Assembly (NCBI GenBank): GCA_021849295.1
Contig: JAJZTA010000006.1
Coordinates: 18,173-82,172, forward strand
DNA from: Pseudomonadota bacterium
GTDB taxonomy: Bacteria > Pseudomonadota > Alphaproteobacteria > Micavibrionales > UBA2020
Direction: 5' to 3'
DNA: 64,000 bases
Below are positions 1 to 11,397 of the stretch, one piece after another. The position numbers and the translations under genes were made by a program. Positions within the stretch are counted from its first letter, which is position 1. Each line of letters starts with the position of its first letter. The notes under the pieces were generated by a model, which worked only from the letters and a program-made list of their open reading frames with translations, did no database searches and was not told the origin of the DNA.

Positions 1-1241
1 TGCGCGACGCGCGGCATGATCTCCTCGCGCCAGATCTTGCCGTTGAACAGGCCGTAGTGATCGGCACCCTTCTGCAGAAGATGATAATGGCTGTCGGCGT
101 CGAGCCCCTTGCACAGCGCGTGCGCGGCGCGGGTCTGGCCCGGCGCGACGATGTTGTCCGCCGTGCCTTCCACGGTCATCAGCGCGGTTTGGGTGATTTT
201 TTCCGGTGCGACTTTTTCGCCGTTCACCTGCATCGTGCCGTCGGCCAGCTCCTGCTTCAAAAAGACCCGCGCGATGGTGTCGAGATAGAACTTCTCCGTC
301 AGGTCGCAGACGGACAGATATTCGTTGTAAAATTCCCTGATCTCGTCGGCCTTCTTCTTGTCGCCCTTGCTGAGGTGGTTGAAGAGATCGCCGTAGGCGC
401 GGATATGCGCCCCGGGGTTGGCGGCGAGCAGCCCCGCGAGCTGCAAAAAGCCCGGATAGACCGAACGCCCCGCGCCCGCGTAATCTTTCGGCACTTCGGC
501 GATAAGATGGTCGGCGAACCACTGCAGGTTCTTGCCGTTGACGAATTCGGTGATAGAGGTTTTCGCGGCGCGGACGTCGATCGGCCCGCCCATCAGCGTC
601 ATGGAAAGCGGCTGCACCGGCGATTTTTCCGCCGCCAGCAAAGCCGACGCCGCCAGCACCGGCACGGTCGACTGGCTCACCGCCATGACGTGCGTTTCCG
701 GCCCCACGGCCCTGATGGCGTCCAGCACATGCGCCACGTAATCGTCGAATCCGAACTCGCCCTTGGCGGGCGGCACGTCGCGCGCGTTCTTCCAGTCGAC
801 GATGTAGACGTCGTGGTTGGGCAACAGCGCTTTGATGGTGTCGCGGAACTGCGTCGCGTGGTGGCCGGACATCGCCGCGACGATCAGCACCTTCGGATCG
901 TTGCGCGTGGTGTCGCGCTTGAAATGCAGAACGTCGCAGAAGTCTTTTTTCAGCACGCGCTCTTCCGTCACCCCGGCCGCCGTGCCGTCGATGACCGTTT
1001 CCTTGATATTAAAAGCCGGCTTGGGATAGTCCTTGCCGAGCTGCTCCAGCACGCCGGAGGTGGCCTCGAGCTTTTTCGCCGCGTCTTTGTAGATTTCGGG
1101 CAGCAGGGTCGCGGGGGCAAAGGCCTCGAGCATCTGCGCCTGCACGGATACGGTCGCGGCGAGAAAATTGAAGTACGCCTTCAGACCGCGCTCTCCGGCT
1201 TCGTAAAGGGGATATATGTCTTTATCCGCTTTTTTGCTCAT
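1..1241 (-). CDS. phaZ: Intracellular PHB depolymerase (PhaZ family), 3' end runs off the window
   Basis: Manually translated (absent from ORF track): MSKKADKDIYPLYE...KVLIVAAMSGHHATQFRDTIKALLPNHDVYIVDWKNARDVP...AVSQSTVP...ADHYGLFNGKIWREEI, matching intracellular PhaZ motifs. Confidence 0.88.
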   Translation of the reverse strand, partial: MSKKADKDIYPLYEAGERGLKAYFNFLAATVSVQAQMLEAFAPATLLPEIYKDAAKKLEATSGVLEQLGKDYPKPAFNIKETVIDGTAAGVTEERVLKKDFCDVLHFKRDTTRNDPKVLIVAAMSGHHATQFRDTIKALLPNHDVYIVDWKNARDVPPAKGEFGFDDYVAHVLDAIRAVGPETHVMAVSQSTVPVLAASALLAAEKSPVQPLSMTLMGGPIDVRAAKTSITEFVNGKNLQWFADHLIAEVPKDYAGAGRSVYPGFLQLAGLLAANPGAHIRAYGDLFNHLSKGDKKKADEIREFYNEYLSVCDLTEKFYLDTIARVFLKQELADGTMQVNGEKVAPEKITQTALMTVEGTADNIVAPGQTRAAHALCKGLDADSHYHLLQKGADHYGLFNGKIWREEIMPRVA

Positions 1242-1404
1242 GTATGCCCTTCGCCCGCCGACACTTTTTTATTGTCTCGTTATATGAATAGTGAGCGTAA
1301 TTCTATATCCAATATGTGCCCAGTGACAGACTTTTTATTGCAAATAAAATCATTTTTACATCATTTCATGTCTTTTATACATCATTATCGCAAAAGAAAT
1401 GATG

Positions 1405-1418
1405 GTGCGGCGCAGCAA
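1405..1418 (+). promoter_or_regulatory. Candidate PhaR/AniA operator
   Basis: GTGCGGCGCAGCAA (TGC-N3-GCA core) in the divergent phaZ/maeB intergenic region; resembles the rhizobial PhaR consensus as recalled. Confidence 0.45.
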
Positions 1419-1538
1419 AAACGCGCCGGTCGGGAGCAAAAGCGCGCAAGTCATAACCGCCAAAAATGTCAAGCATTTAGCCGCGAAAAGGGGTAGTCTG
1501 ACAGACGGGGCATTTTATTTGGACTTCGGGGGAAGGCC

Positions 1539-3890
<2,352 letters not shown>

Positions 3891-3914
3891 AAGCCCTCTG
3901 GCTGGAACTGAAAA

Positions 3915-5324
3915 ATGACCGAAGAAAACGACGGCGCAAACTCCCCGAAAGAAACCGAAGACAACAACGATGTCGGACATCAAGTCGGCCTGTCGGACGA
4001 TTTCATCCGCGAGATCGCCCAGCTCATCGACGACAACTACACCGACCGCGTGCAGGAACTCTGCCGCGAGATGCCCGCGCCGGACGCCGCAGAACTGATC
4101 GTCAAACTGGACGGCGGGCGCAGGCACAAGCTCGTCGAGATGCTGGAGGACGAGCTCCATCCCGAAACCTTCTCCTACTTCGACCGCGACCTGCTCAACG
4201 ACCTTCTCGAGCACATGTCGGGCAAGAGCATTGCCGCGATCGTCAACGAGCTGGACAGCGACGACGCCATCGGCCTCGTCACCCGCCTCGACGAGGAGCG
4301 GCAGAGCAACATCATCCGCCATCTCAATCGCAACCTCCGCGCCGCAGTCGAGGAAGGACTGACCTTCCCCGAGGCATCCGCAGGCCGGATGATGCAGCGC
4401 GAGTTCGTCGCCGTGCCGCAATTCTGGACGGTCGGCAAGACGGTCGACTACCTCCGCGCCGCCGCCACAACGCTGCCCGACCGCTTTTACAACATCTTCA
4501 TCGTCGACCCCATGCACCGCTTTGTCGGTACCGTACCCTTGAGCAACGTGCTCTGTGCCCAGCGTACTGTCAAGATCGACACGCTGACGGAGGAGGAACA
4601 CGTCACCGTGCCCGTGACAATGGATCAGGAGCAGGTGGCCATGCTCTTCCGCCGCAAGGACCTGCTCTCGGCGGCGGTGGTGGACGGCGACGACCAGCTG
4701 ATCGGCGTCATCACGGTCGACGACGTGGTCGACGTCATCCAGGAAGAGGCCGGGGAAGACTTGCTGAAAATGGGTGGTGTCAGCAATCCGGACTTTTTCA
4801 GCCCCCCGGTCTCAACCGTCAAGGCGCGCTTCTGGTGGCTGTTCATCAACCTCGGCACCGCCTTCATCGATACCTTCGTCATCAGTTTTTTCACCGGCAC
4901 GATCCAGAAAATCGTCGTGCTGGCGTCCCTGATGCCCGTCGTCGCCTCAATGGGCGGCAACGCCGGCACGCAAACGCTCGCCGTCGTCGTGCGCGCCATC
5001 GCCACCAAGGATCTCACCTCGGCCAACACCTGGCGCACCGTGCTCAAGGAGTTTCTGGTCGGCAGCATCAACGGCATCCTGTTCGGCATCGTCATGATCA
5101 TCGGCGTGACGATCTGGTACCACAACTGGAAGCTGGGCGGCATCATGGCCGCGGCGATGATCATCAACCTTGCCGCCGCGGGCCTCTCCGGAACGCTCAT
5201 CCCGCTCGCGCTGCACAAGACCGGGTTCGACCCCGCCAATTCGGCGACGGTGTTTTTGACGACGGTGACCGACGTGGTCGGCTTCGTCGCCTTTCTCGGC
5301 CTCGCGGCATGGCTAATGACTTAA
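3915..5324 (+). CDS. mgtE: Magnesium transporter MgtE
   Basis: MgtE N domain, CBS pair (SAGRMM..., GVITVDDV), SMGGNAGTQ, DPA...TTVTDVVG. Confidence 0.95.
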   Translation: MTEENDGANSPKETEDNNDVGHQVGLSDDFIREIAQLIDDNYTDRVQELCREMPAPDAAELIVKLDGGRRHKLVEMLEDELHPETFSYFDRDLLNDLLEHMSGKSIAAIVNELDSDDAIGLVTRLDEERQSNIIRHLNRNLRAAVEEGLTFPEASAGRMMQREFVAVPQFWTVGKTVDYLRAAATTLPDRFYNIFIVDPMHRFVGTVPLSNVLCAQRTVKIDTLTEEEHVTVPVTMDQEQVAMLFRRKDLLSAAVVDGDDQLIGVITVDDVVDVIQEEAGEDLLKMGGVSNPDFFSPPVSTVKARFWWLFINLGTAFIDTFVISFFTGTIQKIVVLASLMPVVASMGGNAGTQTLAVVVRAIATKDLTSANTWRTVLKEFLVGSINGILFGIVMIIGVTIWYHNWKLGGIMAAAMIINLAAAGLSGTLIPLALHKTGFDPANSATVFLTTVTDVVGFVAFLGLAAWLMT

Positions 5325-5346
5325 AAAGTCACCAGGCTCTCTTTAC

Positions 5347-7176
5347 TCACCCGACTTCGGCGACTTTTTCCGCCTTTTTGCGGGCATTGGGATCGAGGAT
5401 CGCCTTGCGCAGGCGCAGCGACGTCGGCGTCACCTCCACCAGCTCGTCGTCGTTGATGTAAGTAATCGCCTCTTCCAGCGTCAACAGGCGCGGCGGCGTC
5501 AGCTTGGTGGATTCGTCGGTGCCCGAAGCGCGGACGTTGGTCAGCTTCTTGCCTTTCAGGATGTTCACCGGAATGTCATTGTCTCGGTTATGCTCGCCGA
5601 CGATCATGCCCTCGTAAACCTTCGTGCCAGGCAGCACCATGATGATGCCGCGCTCTTCGAGGTTGTAAAGGTCGTATTCCGTCGCCTCGCCGGTGGCCAT
5701 CGCCAGCATCACGCCTGTGCGGCGGCCGTCGACCGCCCCCTTGAACGGCGCGTAGCCGTGGAACAGGCGGTTGATGATGCCTGTGCCGCGCGTATCGGTG
5801 AGGAACTCGCCGTGGTAGCCGATCAGACCGCGCGTCGGCGCGATGAAGGTCATCTTCACCTTGCCCGCGCCCGAGGGCAGCATCGAAATCATCTCGCCCT
5901 TGCGCAGGGCCATCTTCTGCACCACCTGGCCGGAATAGTCCTGATCGACGTCGATCACTACCTCCTCCATCGGTTCGAGGCGCGCGCCGGTTTCCTCGTC
6001 CGTCTTGTAAAGCACGCGCGGACGGCCGATCAGCAACTCGAAGCCCTCGCGGCGCATAGTTTCGATCAGGACGGACATTTGCAGTTCGCCGCGCCCGAAA
6101 ACTTCGAAGGTGTCGGCCGTCTGGCCGTCCTTGACCTTCATGGCGACGTTGCTCTCCGCCTCGCGGAACAGGCGCTCGCGGATCATGCGCGAGGTGACCT
6201 TCGTGCCTTCGCGCCCCGCGAACGGGCCGTTATTGACCGAAAAGGACATGGAAATGGTCGGCGGGTCGATCGGCTGGGCAGGAAGAGCTTCCATGACCGC
6301 CGGGTCGCAGATCGTGTCCGAGACGGTCGCCTCCGTCATGCCCGCGACCGAGACGATGTCGCCCGCCGAGGCTTCGTCAAGCGGCTGACGGTCGATGCCG
6401 CGAAAGGCGAGAATTTTGGTGATGCGGAAGTTTTCGACCTGATTGTTCTCAAGGTCGAGCGCCTTGACCGCCTGGTTCACCTTCACCGTGCCGGACATGA
6501 TGCGCCCCGTGACGAGGCGTCCGAGGTAGGGGTTGTTCTCGATCAGCGTCCCCAGCATGGCGAACGGCTTGTCCGCTTCTGCCCTGGGTGCCGGCACATA
6601 AGAGCAGATCAGGTCGAACAACGGCGCCATGTCTTTGCGTTCGCCATCGAGCGTCGTGGACGCCCAGCCCTGACGGCCGGACGCGTAGAGCAGAGGAAAA
6701 TCGAGCTGTTCGTCGGTGGCCTCCAGAGCGGCGAAGAGGTCGAACACTTCTTCGTGCACCTCGTCGGGGCGGGCATCAGGACGGTCGACCTTGTTGATGA
6801 CCACGATCGGCTTCAGCCCCATCTTGAGCGCCTTGCCGGAGACGAACTTGGTTTGCGGCAGCGGACCTTCGGCGGCGTCGCAGAGAATGACCACGCCGTC
6901 CACCATCGACAGAATCCGTTCCACCTCGCCGCCAAAGTCGGCGTGGCCTGGCGTGTCGACAATATTAATACGCGTGTCCTTCCAGACCACCGAGGTCACT
7001 TTGGCAAGGATGGTGATGCCGCGCTCGCGCTCCAAGTCGTTGGAGTCCATGATGCATTCGGCGACCTGCTGGTTGTCGCGGAACTGGCCGGACTGCTTCA
7101 AAAGCACGTCTACCAGCGTCGTCTTGCCGTGGTCGACGTGGGCGATAATGGCGACATTTCTAAGTTTTTCAGTCAT
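5347..7176 (-). CDS. typA: Translational GTPase TypA/BipA
   Basis: [47 protein letters not shown]. Confidence 0.97.
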   Translation of the reverse strand: MTEKLRNVAIIAHVDHGKTTLVDVLLKQSGQFRDNQQVAECIMDSNDLERERGITILAKVTSVVWKDTRINIVDTPGHADFGGEVERILSMVDGVVILCDAAEGPLPQTKFVSGKALKMGLKPIVVINKVDRPDARPDEVHEEVFDLFAALEATDEQLDFPLLYASGRQGWASTTLDGERKDMAPLFDLICSYVPAPRAEADKPFAMLGTLIENNPYLGRLVTGRIMSGTVKVNQAVKALDLENNQVENFRITKILAFRGIDRQPLDEASAGDIVSVAGMTEATVSDTICDPAVMEALPAQPIDPPTISMSFSVNNGPFAGREGTKVTSRMIRERLFREAESNVAMKVKDGQTADTFEVFGRGELQMSVLIETMRREGFELLIGRPRVLYKTDEETGARLEPMEEVVIDVDQDYSGQVVQKMALRKGEMISMLPSGAGKVKMTFIAPTRGLIGYHGEFLTDTRGTGIINRLFHGYAPFKGAVDGRRTGVMLAMATGEATEYDLYNLEERGIIMVLPGTKVYEGMIVGEHNRDNDIPVNILKGKKLTNVRASGTDESTKLTPPRLLTLEEAITYINDDELVEVTPTSLRLRKAILDPNARKKAEKVAEVG

Positions 7177-7451
7177 TCTTTATCCTCTGCAGCGGTGCAT
7201 CCTATTGAAAATAATTGTTTTTTTAGCCAGTTTTGACCGCGCCGCGCAGATAATACACGATTTCAAAATTATGTATAGGAAAATCTCGGACCGGTTCGAT
7301 GCGGCAATCGCCCCCGCCTGCGCGCCGCGGAAAACGAAATGCCTTGCCCGGGCGCAAAGAATTTTTAATCGTTTGCTGCTATTCTGTGCTGAGATGGGTG
7401 TTGTTACAGGGGAGACTTTGTGCCGCATGCGCCGGAACTTTCAAAGTTCGC

Positions 7452-7479
7452 TTTACAAGAAAAAGAATCGGCCTATAAA
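7452..7479 (+). promoter_or_regulatory. Sigma70-like promoter for the decarboxylase/DHS-like operon
   Basis: TTTACA-N16-TATAAA ~75 nt upstream of the ATG at 7556. Confidence 0.45.
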
Positions 7480-7492
7480 GTGAAAAAAGCTA

Positions 7493-7524
7493 ACCCGAAG
7501 ACGGAGCGATTCGTCAAGACGGGT
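7493..7524 (+). promoter_or_regulatory. Structured 5' leader hairpin upstream of the decarboxylase
   Basis: ACCCG/CGGGT outer stem, purine-rich internal loop, GACGGA/TTCGTC inner stem, GCGA (GNRA) tetraloop. Confidence 0.45.
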
Positions 7525-7555
7525 ACGTTGTTACTGTTTCTGGAGAGAGCATGAA

Positions 7556-8746
7556 ATGGATAATTACGATACGCCGGACGAATTGGTGCGTCAGCACCGA
7601 CCAGACATTCCTGTAACCTGCTTCCGCCCCGGGGCGCTGGACGCCGCCGCAAAGTGGTTCACGCAAAACTTCCCGGGCAAGGTTCTTTATGCCGTCAAAG
7701 CGAACCCCGCGCCATACGTGCTTGCGGGGCTTTTTAATGCGGGCATTACGCACTTCGACGTCGCCTCGATGCCCGAGATCGAGCTGGCGCACGCCCTGCT
7801 GCCCAAGGCGCACCTCGCCTTCATGCACCCCGTCAAGAGCCGCAGCGCCATCGAGCGCGCCTATTTCGACCACGGCATCCGCGATTTCGCCTTCGACAGC
7901 CTCGAAGAGCTGGAAAAGATCGTCACCTGCACCGGCAAGAGCAAGGACCTGACCCTGCTGCTGCGCCTCGCCGTGCCCAACACCGCCTCCGAGCTGCCAC
8001 TCTCCGGCAAGTTCGGCGTCGCGCCGGAAAAGGCCGCCCAGATGCTCAAAACCGCCCGCAAGTCGGCCAAGCGCCTCGGCATCACCTTCCACGTCGGATC
8101 CCAGACCATGGACCCGCAGGCCTACACCACGGCGCTCGCCCTCGTCGGCGACATTCTGCGCTCCATCCCACGCACCAAGATCGATATCGTGGATGTCGGC
8201 GGCGGCTTTCCGTCGCTCTATCCCGACATGGTGCCGCCCGCGCTGGCGGAATACAAGACCGCGATCGAGCGGGGCTTCGACCGCCTGCCGCATCCGGGCC
8301 GCATCGAGTTCTGGTGCGAGCCGGGCCGCGCGCTGGTCGCCGAGAGCTGCTCGGTGATCGTCAAGGTCGATCTCCGCAAGGACGACGTGCTCTATATAAA
8401 TGACGGCACCTACGGCAGCCTGTTCGACGCGGGCCACCTCGGCTTCCGCTATCCGGTGCGCCTGATCCGCCCCGTTCCCGGCGGCACCGACGCGCGCCTG
8501 AAGCCCTTCCGCTTCTACGGCCCGACCTGCGACAGCATCGACTACATGCCGGGGCCGTTCGCCCTGCCCGAAGACGTGCGCGAGGGCGATTACATCGAGA
8601 TCGGCCAGCTCGGCGCCTACGGCAACACCATGCGCACCGGCTTCAACGGCTTCGACGCGACGGAGACCGTGCGGGTCGCCGACGCGCCGCTCGTCACGAT
8701 GTACGAGACCGAAAGCGCTTCTGCCGCGACGCTGATGACAGTTTAA
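7556..8746 (+). CDS. Fold-type III PLP-dependent basic amino acid decarboxylase (ODC-like)
   Basis: YAVKAN (PLP lysine), FDVAS, KFG, FHVGSQ, DVGGGF, EPGR, GPTCDS, GAY. Confidence 0.9.
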   Translation: MDNYDTPDELVRQHRPDIPVTCFRPGALDAAAKWFTQNFPGKVLYAVKANPAPYVLAGLFNAGITHFDVASMPEIELAHALLPKAHLAFMHPVKSRSAIERAYFDHGIRDFAFDSLEELEKIVTCTGKSKDLTLLLRLAVPNTASELPLSGKFGVAPEKAAQMLKTARKSAKRLGITFHVGSQTMDPQAYTTALALVGDILRSIPRTKIDIVDVGGGFPSLYPDMVPPALAEYKTAIERGFDRLPHPGRIEFWCEPGRALVAESCSVIVKVDLRKDDVLYINDGTYGSLFDAGHLGFRYPVRLIRPVPGGTDARLKPFRFYGPTCDSIDYMPGPFALPEDVREGDYIEIGQLGAYGNTMRTGFNGFDATETVRVADAPLVTMYETESASAATLMTV

Positions 8747-8774
8747 AACCCCTTAAAAAGAAAGAGAGACCCCA

Positions 8775-9851
8775 ATGAAAAACCTGAAATCGGTGAAACC
8801 CAAGCCGCACCCCAAAAACAACCGCAAGGCCGACCTGCTCTCCGTGCCGGTCGAGCATATCGACATCAAATCCTTCGACGCCCGCCCGATCATCAAGGGC
8901 ATGGGCAAGATGTCCTTCACCTCGCGCGATCTCGCCCGCGCCGCGGAAATCTTCAACACCATGCTGAAGGACAAGAGCGCGACCTCCGTCCTCACCCTCG
9001 CGGGCTCGACCTCGGCGGGCGGCTGCATGGACCTCTATACCGAAATGGTCAAGAGCAACATGGTGGACGTGATCGTCTCCACCGGCGCCTCGATCGTCGA
9101 CATGGACTTCTTCGAAGCGCTCGGCTTCAAGCACTGGCAGGCCGACGGCGCGGTGGACGACCGTGATCTGCGCGACCTTTACATCGACCGCATCTACGAC
9201 ACCTACATCGACGAGGAAGACCTGCAAGAAGTCGACGGCACGATCTTCAAGATCGCCGAAACGCTGGAACGCCGCCCCTATTCGTCGCGCGAATTCATCT
9301 GGGAGATGGGCAAATGGCTCTCCAAAAACAGCAAAAAGAAAAACTCGCTGGTTCAAACCGCCTATGAACACGGCGTGCCGATCTTCTGCCCCGCCTTCTC
9401 CGACAGCTCCGCCGGTTTCGGCCTCGTGCTGCACCAGAAGAAGAGCCTCGAAAAGGGCCTCAAGAACTACGTCTCCATCGACAGCGTCGCCGACTTCCGC
9501 GAACTGACCGACATCAAGATCGCCGCCGGCACCACCGGCCTTTTGATGATCGGCGGCGGCGTGCCGAAGAACTTCGTGCAGGACACCGTCGTCTGCGCCG
9601 AAATCTTGGGCGAGAAGAACGTCGAAATGCACAAATACGCCATTCAGGTCACGGTCGCCGACGTGCGCGACGGCGCCTGCTCCTCCTCGACGCTGAAGGA
9701 AGCCTGCAGCTGGGGCAAGGTCGACGTCGCGATGGAGCAGATGGTCTACGCCGAAGCGGGCTCGGTCATTCCGCTCCTGGCCTCCGACGCCTATCACCGC
9801 GGCTATTGGAAGAAGCGTCCCCGCCGCAACTGGGCGAAGCTGTTCAAGTAA
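8775..9851 (+). CDS. Deoxyhypusine synthase-like protein (SpeY-like)
   Basis: IDRIYDTYI, PAFSDSSAG, IGGGVPKNF, DGACSSSTLKEACSWGK with the DHS catalytic-lysine motif. Confidence 0.88.
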   Translation: MKNLKSVKPKPHPKNNRKADLLSVPVEHIDIKSFDARPIIKGMGKMSFTSRDLARAAEIFNTMLKDKSATSVLTLAGSTSAGGCMDLYTEMVKSNMVDVIVSTGASIVDMDFFEALGFKHWQADGAVDDRDLRDLYIDRIYDTYIDEEDLQEVDGTIFKIAETLERRPYSSREFIWEMGKWLSKNSKKKNSLVQTAYEHGVPIFCPAFSDSSAGFGLVLHQKKSLEKGLKNYVSIDSVADFRELTDIKIAAGTTGLLMIGGGVPKNFVQDTVVCAEILGEKNVEMHKYAIQVTVADVRDGACSSSTLKEACSWGKVDVAMEQMVYAEAGSVIPLLASDAYHRGYWKKRPRRNWAKLFK

Positions 9852-9872
9852 GCAGTGCCCGATATAAAGCCA

Positions 9873-9909
9873 AACGCCGCTTCACGGTACAATCCAGTGA
9901 GGCGGCGTT
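9873..9909. terminator. Hairpin between convergent genes
   Basis: AACGCCGCTTCAC...GTGAGGCGGCGTT inverted repeat. Confidence 0.5.
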
Positions 9910-9913
9910 CCTT

Positions 9914-10249
9914 TTAGTGCCCCCAATTATCGGCATATCTTTCAAGCCAGGCTTTCATCAGTTGCCTGTATTTGCTCTCTTCTTCAGGACAGTGGCGCAA
10001 GATTCGACCGCCGTGCGCGCCGGTCAGCCTGTTGTAATCCTTGTAAACGGGGCATGCCGCGCAACCACGCTCTTTCTGCGCGGGCGTGCCCTGCACCTTG
10101 TCGCCGCATAAGGTGCCGGCAATCGCCCAACAGCTATGCCCGAGGCCCTGACGCGAAGCGACGCATTCGCCGAACTCCGCCACTTTGGCACCGCCTTTTT
10201 CGCGGCCGCATTTTTTGATTTCCCAGCAGTTCGGGAAGTCTGAATACAT
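9914..10249 (-). CDS. Small Cys-rich two-CW-domain-like protein
   Basis: NCWEIKKCGRE...EC...CWAIAGTLC...CAACPVY; GGGGG RBS-like sequence before the ATG at 10249. Confidence 0.75.
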   Translation of the reverse strand: MYSDFPNCWEIKKCGREKGGAKVAEFGECVASRQGLGHSCWAIAGTLCGDKVQGTPAQKERGCAACPVYKDYNRLTGAHGGRILRHCPEEESKYRQLMKAWLERYADNWGH

Positions 10250-10412
10250 TGAATCCCCCGTTCCCCCATATTTTCTTCCTCTTTCCATCCTATCAGCAAA
10301 TAGTGTATGAACTATTGATATACAGTACTAAATAGAGTACGAAACAGGATGAAATAAGTCCGTTATGCGGCCGCGGCACAAGCCGTTGTTTTCTTTGCAA
10401 GGAGTTTTAAAA

Positions 10413-11333
10413 ATGCAGTTTCTGAAACCCCAAGACGGCTTCCTCGGCCTCGAGAAAAAAGACGCCGCGACGGTGAAATCCGCGCAGGCGGTGGTCATTC
10501 CCTTCGGCCTTGAAGCCTCCGTCTCCTACGGCGGCGGCACGTCGAAAGGCCCGCAGGCGATGATCGACGCCTCGCATCAGGTGGAGTTGTTCGATGACGA
10601 ATTCTGGTGCGAGCCGTTCCGCCAGATCGGCATTCTCACCGCCAGGGAACCGAAGATCGGCAAAAACGTGCCCAAGGCGCTCGACCAGTTGGAAAAGATG
10701 GTCGAGGAAGTGCTGGAGATGGGCAAGTTCCCCATGACCTTCGGCGGCGAGCATTCGATCACCGCGGGCACTATCCGTCCGTTTGCAAAAAGATATAAAG
10801 GCCTGCACGTTCTGCACTTCGACGCCCACGCCGACTTGCGCGACGGCTACGACGGCGAGCATTACAGCCACGCCGCCGCGCTCCGCCGCGTGCTCGACCA
10901 CAAGAGCGTCACCTGGCTTTCGTCGTTCGGCATCCGCAACATCTCGCAGAGCGAAATCCCGTTCCTCGAAAAGAGCAACAAGCGCGTCAAAATCTACTGG
11001 GCACGCGAAAAGGCCAAGTGGAACATGAAGGAGATCGTCAGCCACTTCAAAGGCAAGAACGTCTACGTCACCTTCGACATCGACGGGCTCGACGCTTCGC
11101 TGATGCCCGCGACCGGCACGCCGGAACCGGGCGGGCTCTTCTGGCAGGAATCCGTGGACATCATCCGCGAAGTGGCGAAAGTCTCGAACTTCGTCGGCGC
11201 GGACGTGAACGAGCTGGCGCCCAAGCCCAACCTCCACGGCTGCAACTTCCTCGCCGCCAAGCTGGCCTACAAGATCCTCACTTACGCGTTTCTGGTGAGC
11301 AAGGCGAACAATGCGAAGAAAAAAGCCGCCTGA
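10413..11333 (+). CDS. speB: Agmatinase-family ureohydrolase
   Basis: GGEHSIT, DAHADLRD, FDIDGLD, ATGTPEPGG; AAGGAG RBS. Confidence 0.88.
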   Translation: MQFLKPQDGFLGLEKKDAATVKSAQAVVIPFGLEASVSYGGGTSKGPQAMIDASHQVELFDDEFWCEPFRQIGILTAREPKIGKNVPKALDQLEKMVEEVLEMGKFPMTFGGEHSITAGTIRPFAKRYKGLHVLHFDAHADLRDGYDGEHYSHAAALRRVLDHKSVTWLSSFGIRNISQSEIPFLEKSNKRVKIYWAREKAKWNMKEIVSHFKGKNVYVTFDIDGLDASLMPATGTPEPGGLFWQESVDIIREVAKVSNFVGADVNELAPKPNLHGCNFLAAKLAYKILTYAFLVSKANNAKKKAA

Positions 11334-11397
11334 AGGTTGACAAGCCGGACAAAACCCACTAAAAATCACCCCCTTTGCTTGGGAAGGGGGGAACGTC

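Noticed and set aside
57..1496. 479-aa plus-strand ORF
   Set aside because: Antisense shadow of phaZ, which the ORF track missed because its stop lies outside the window
5590..7236. Long ORFs opposite or overlapping known genes (also 23107-24507, 26228-27649, 41892-43304, 44042-45112 and others)
   Set aside because: Typical high-GC shadow frames with no motifs
7480..7554. 24-codon GTG uORF ending just before the decarboxylase
   Set aside because: Start lies at the predicted -10 element, no RBS, no recognisable arrest motif
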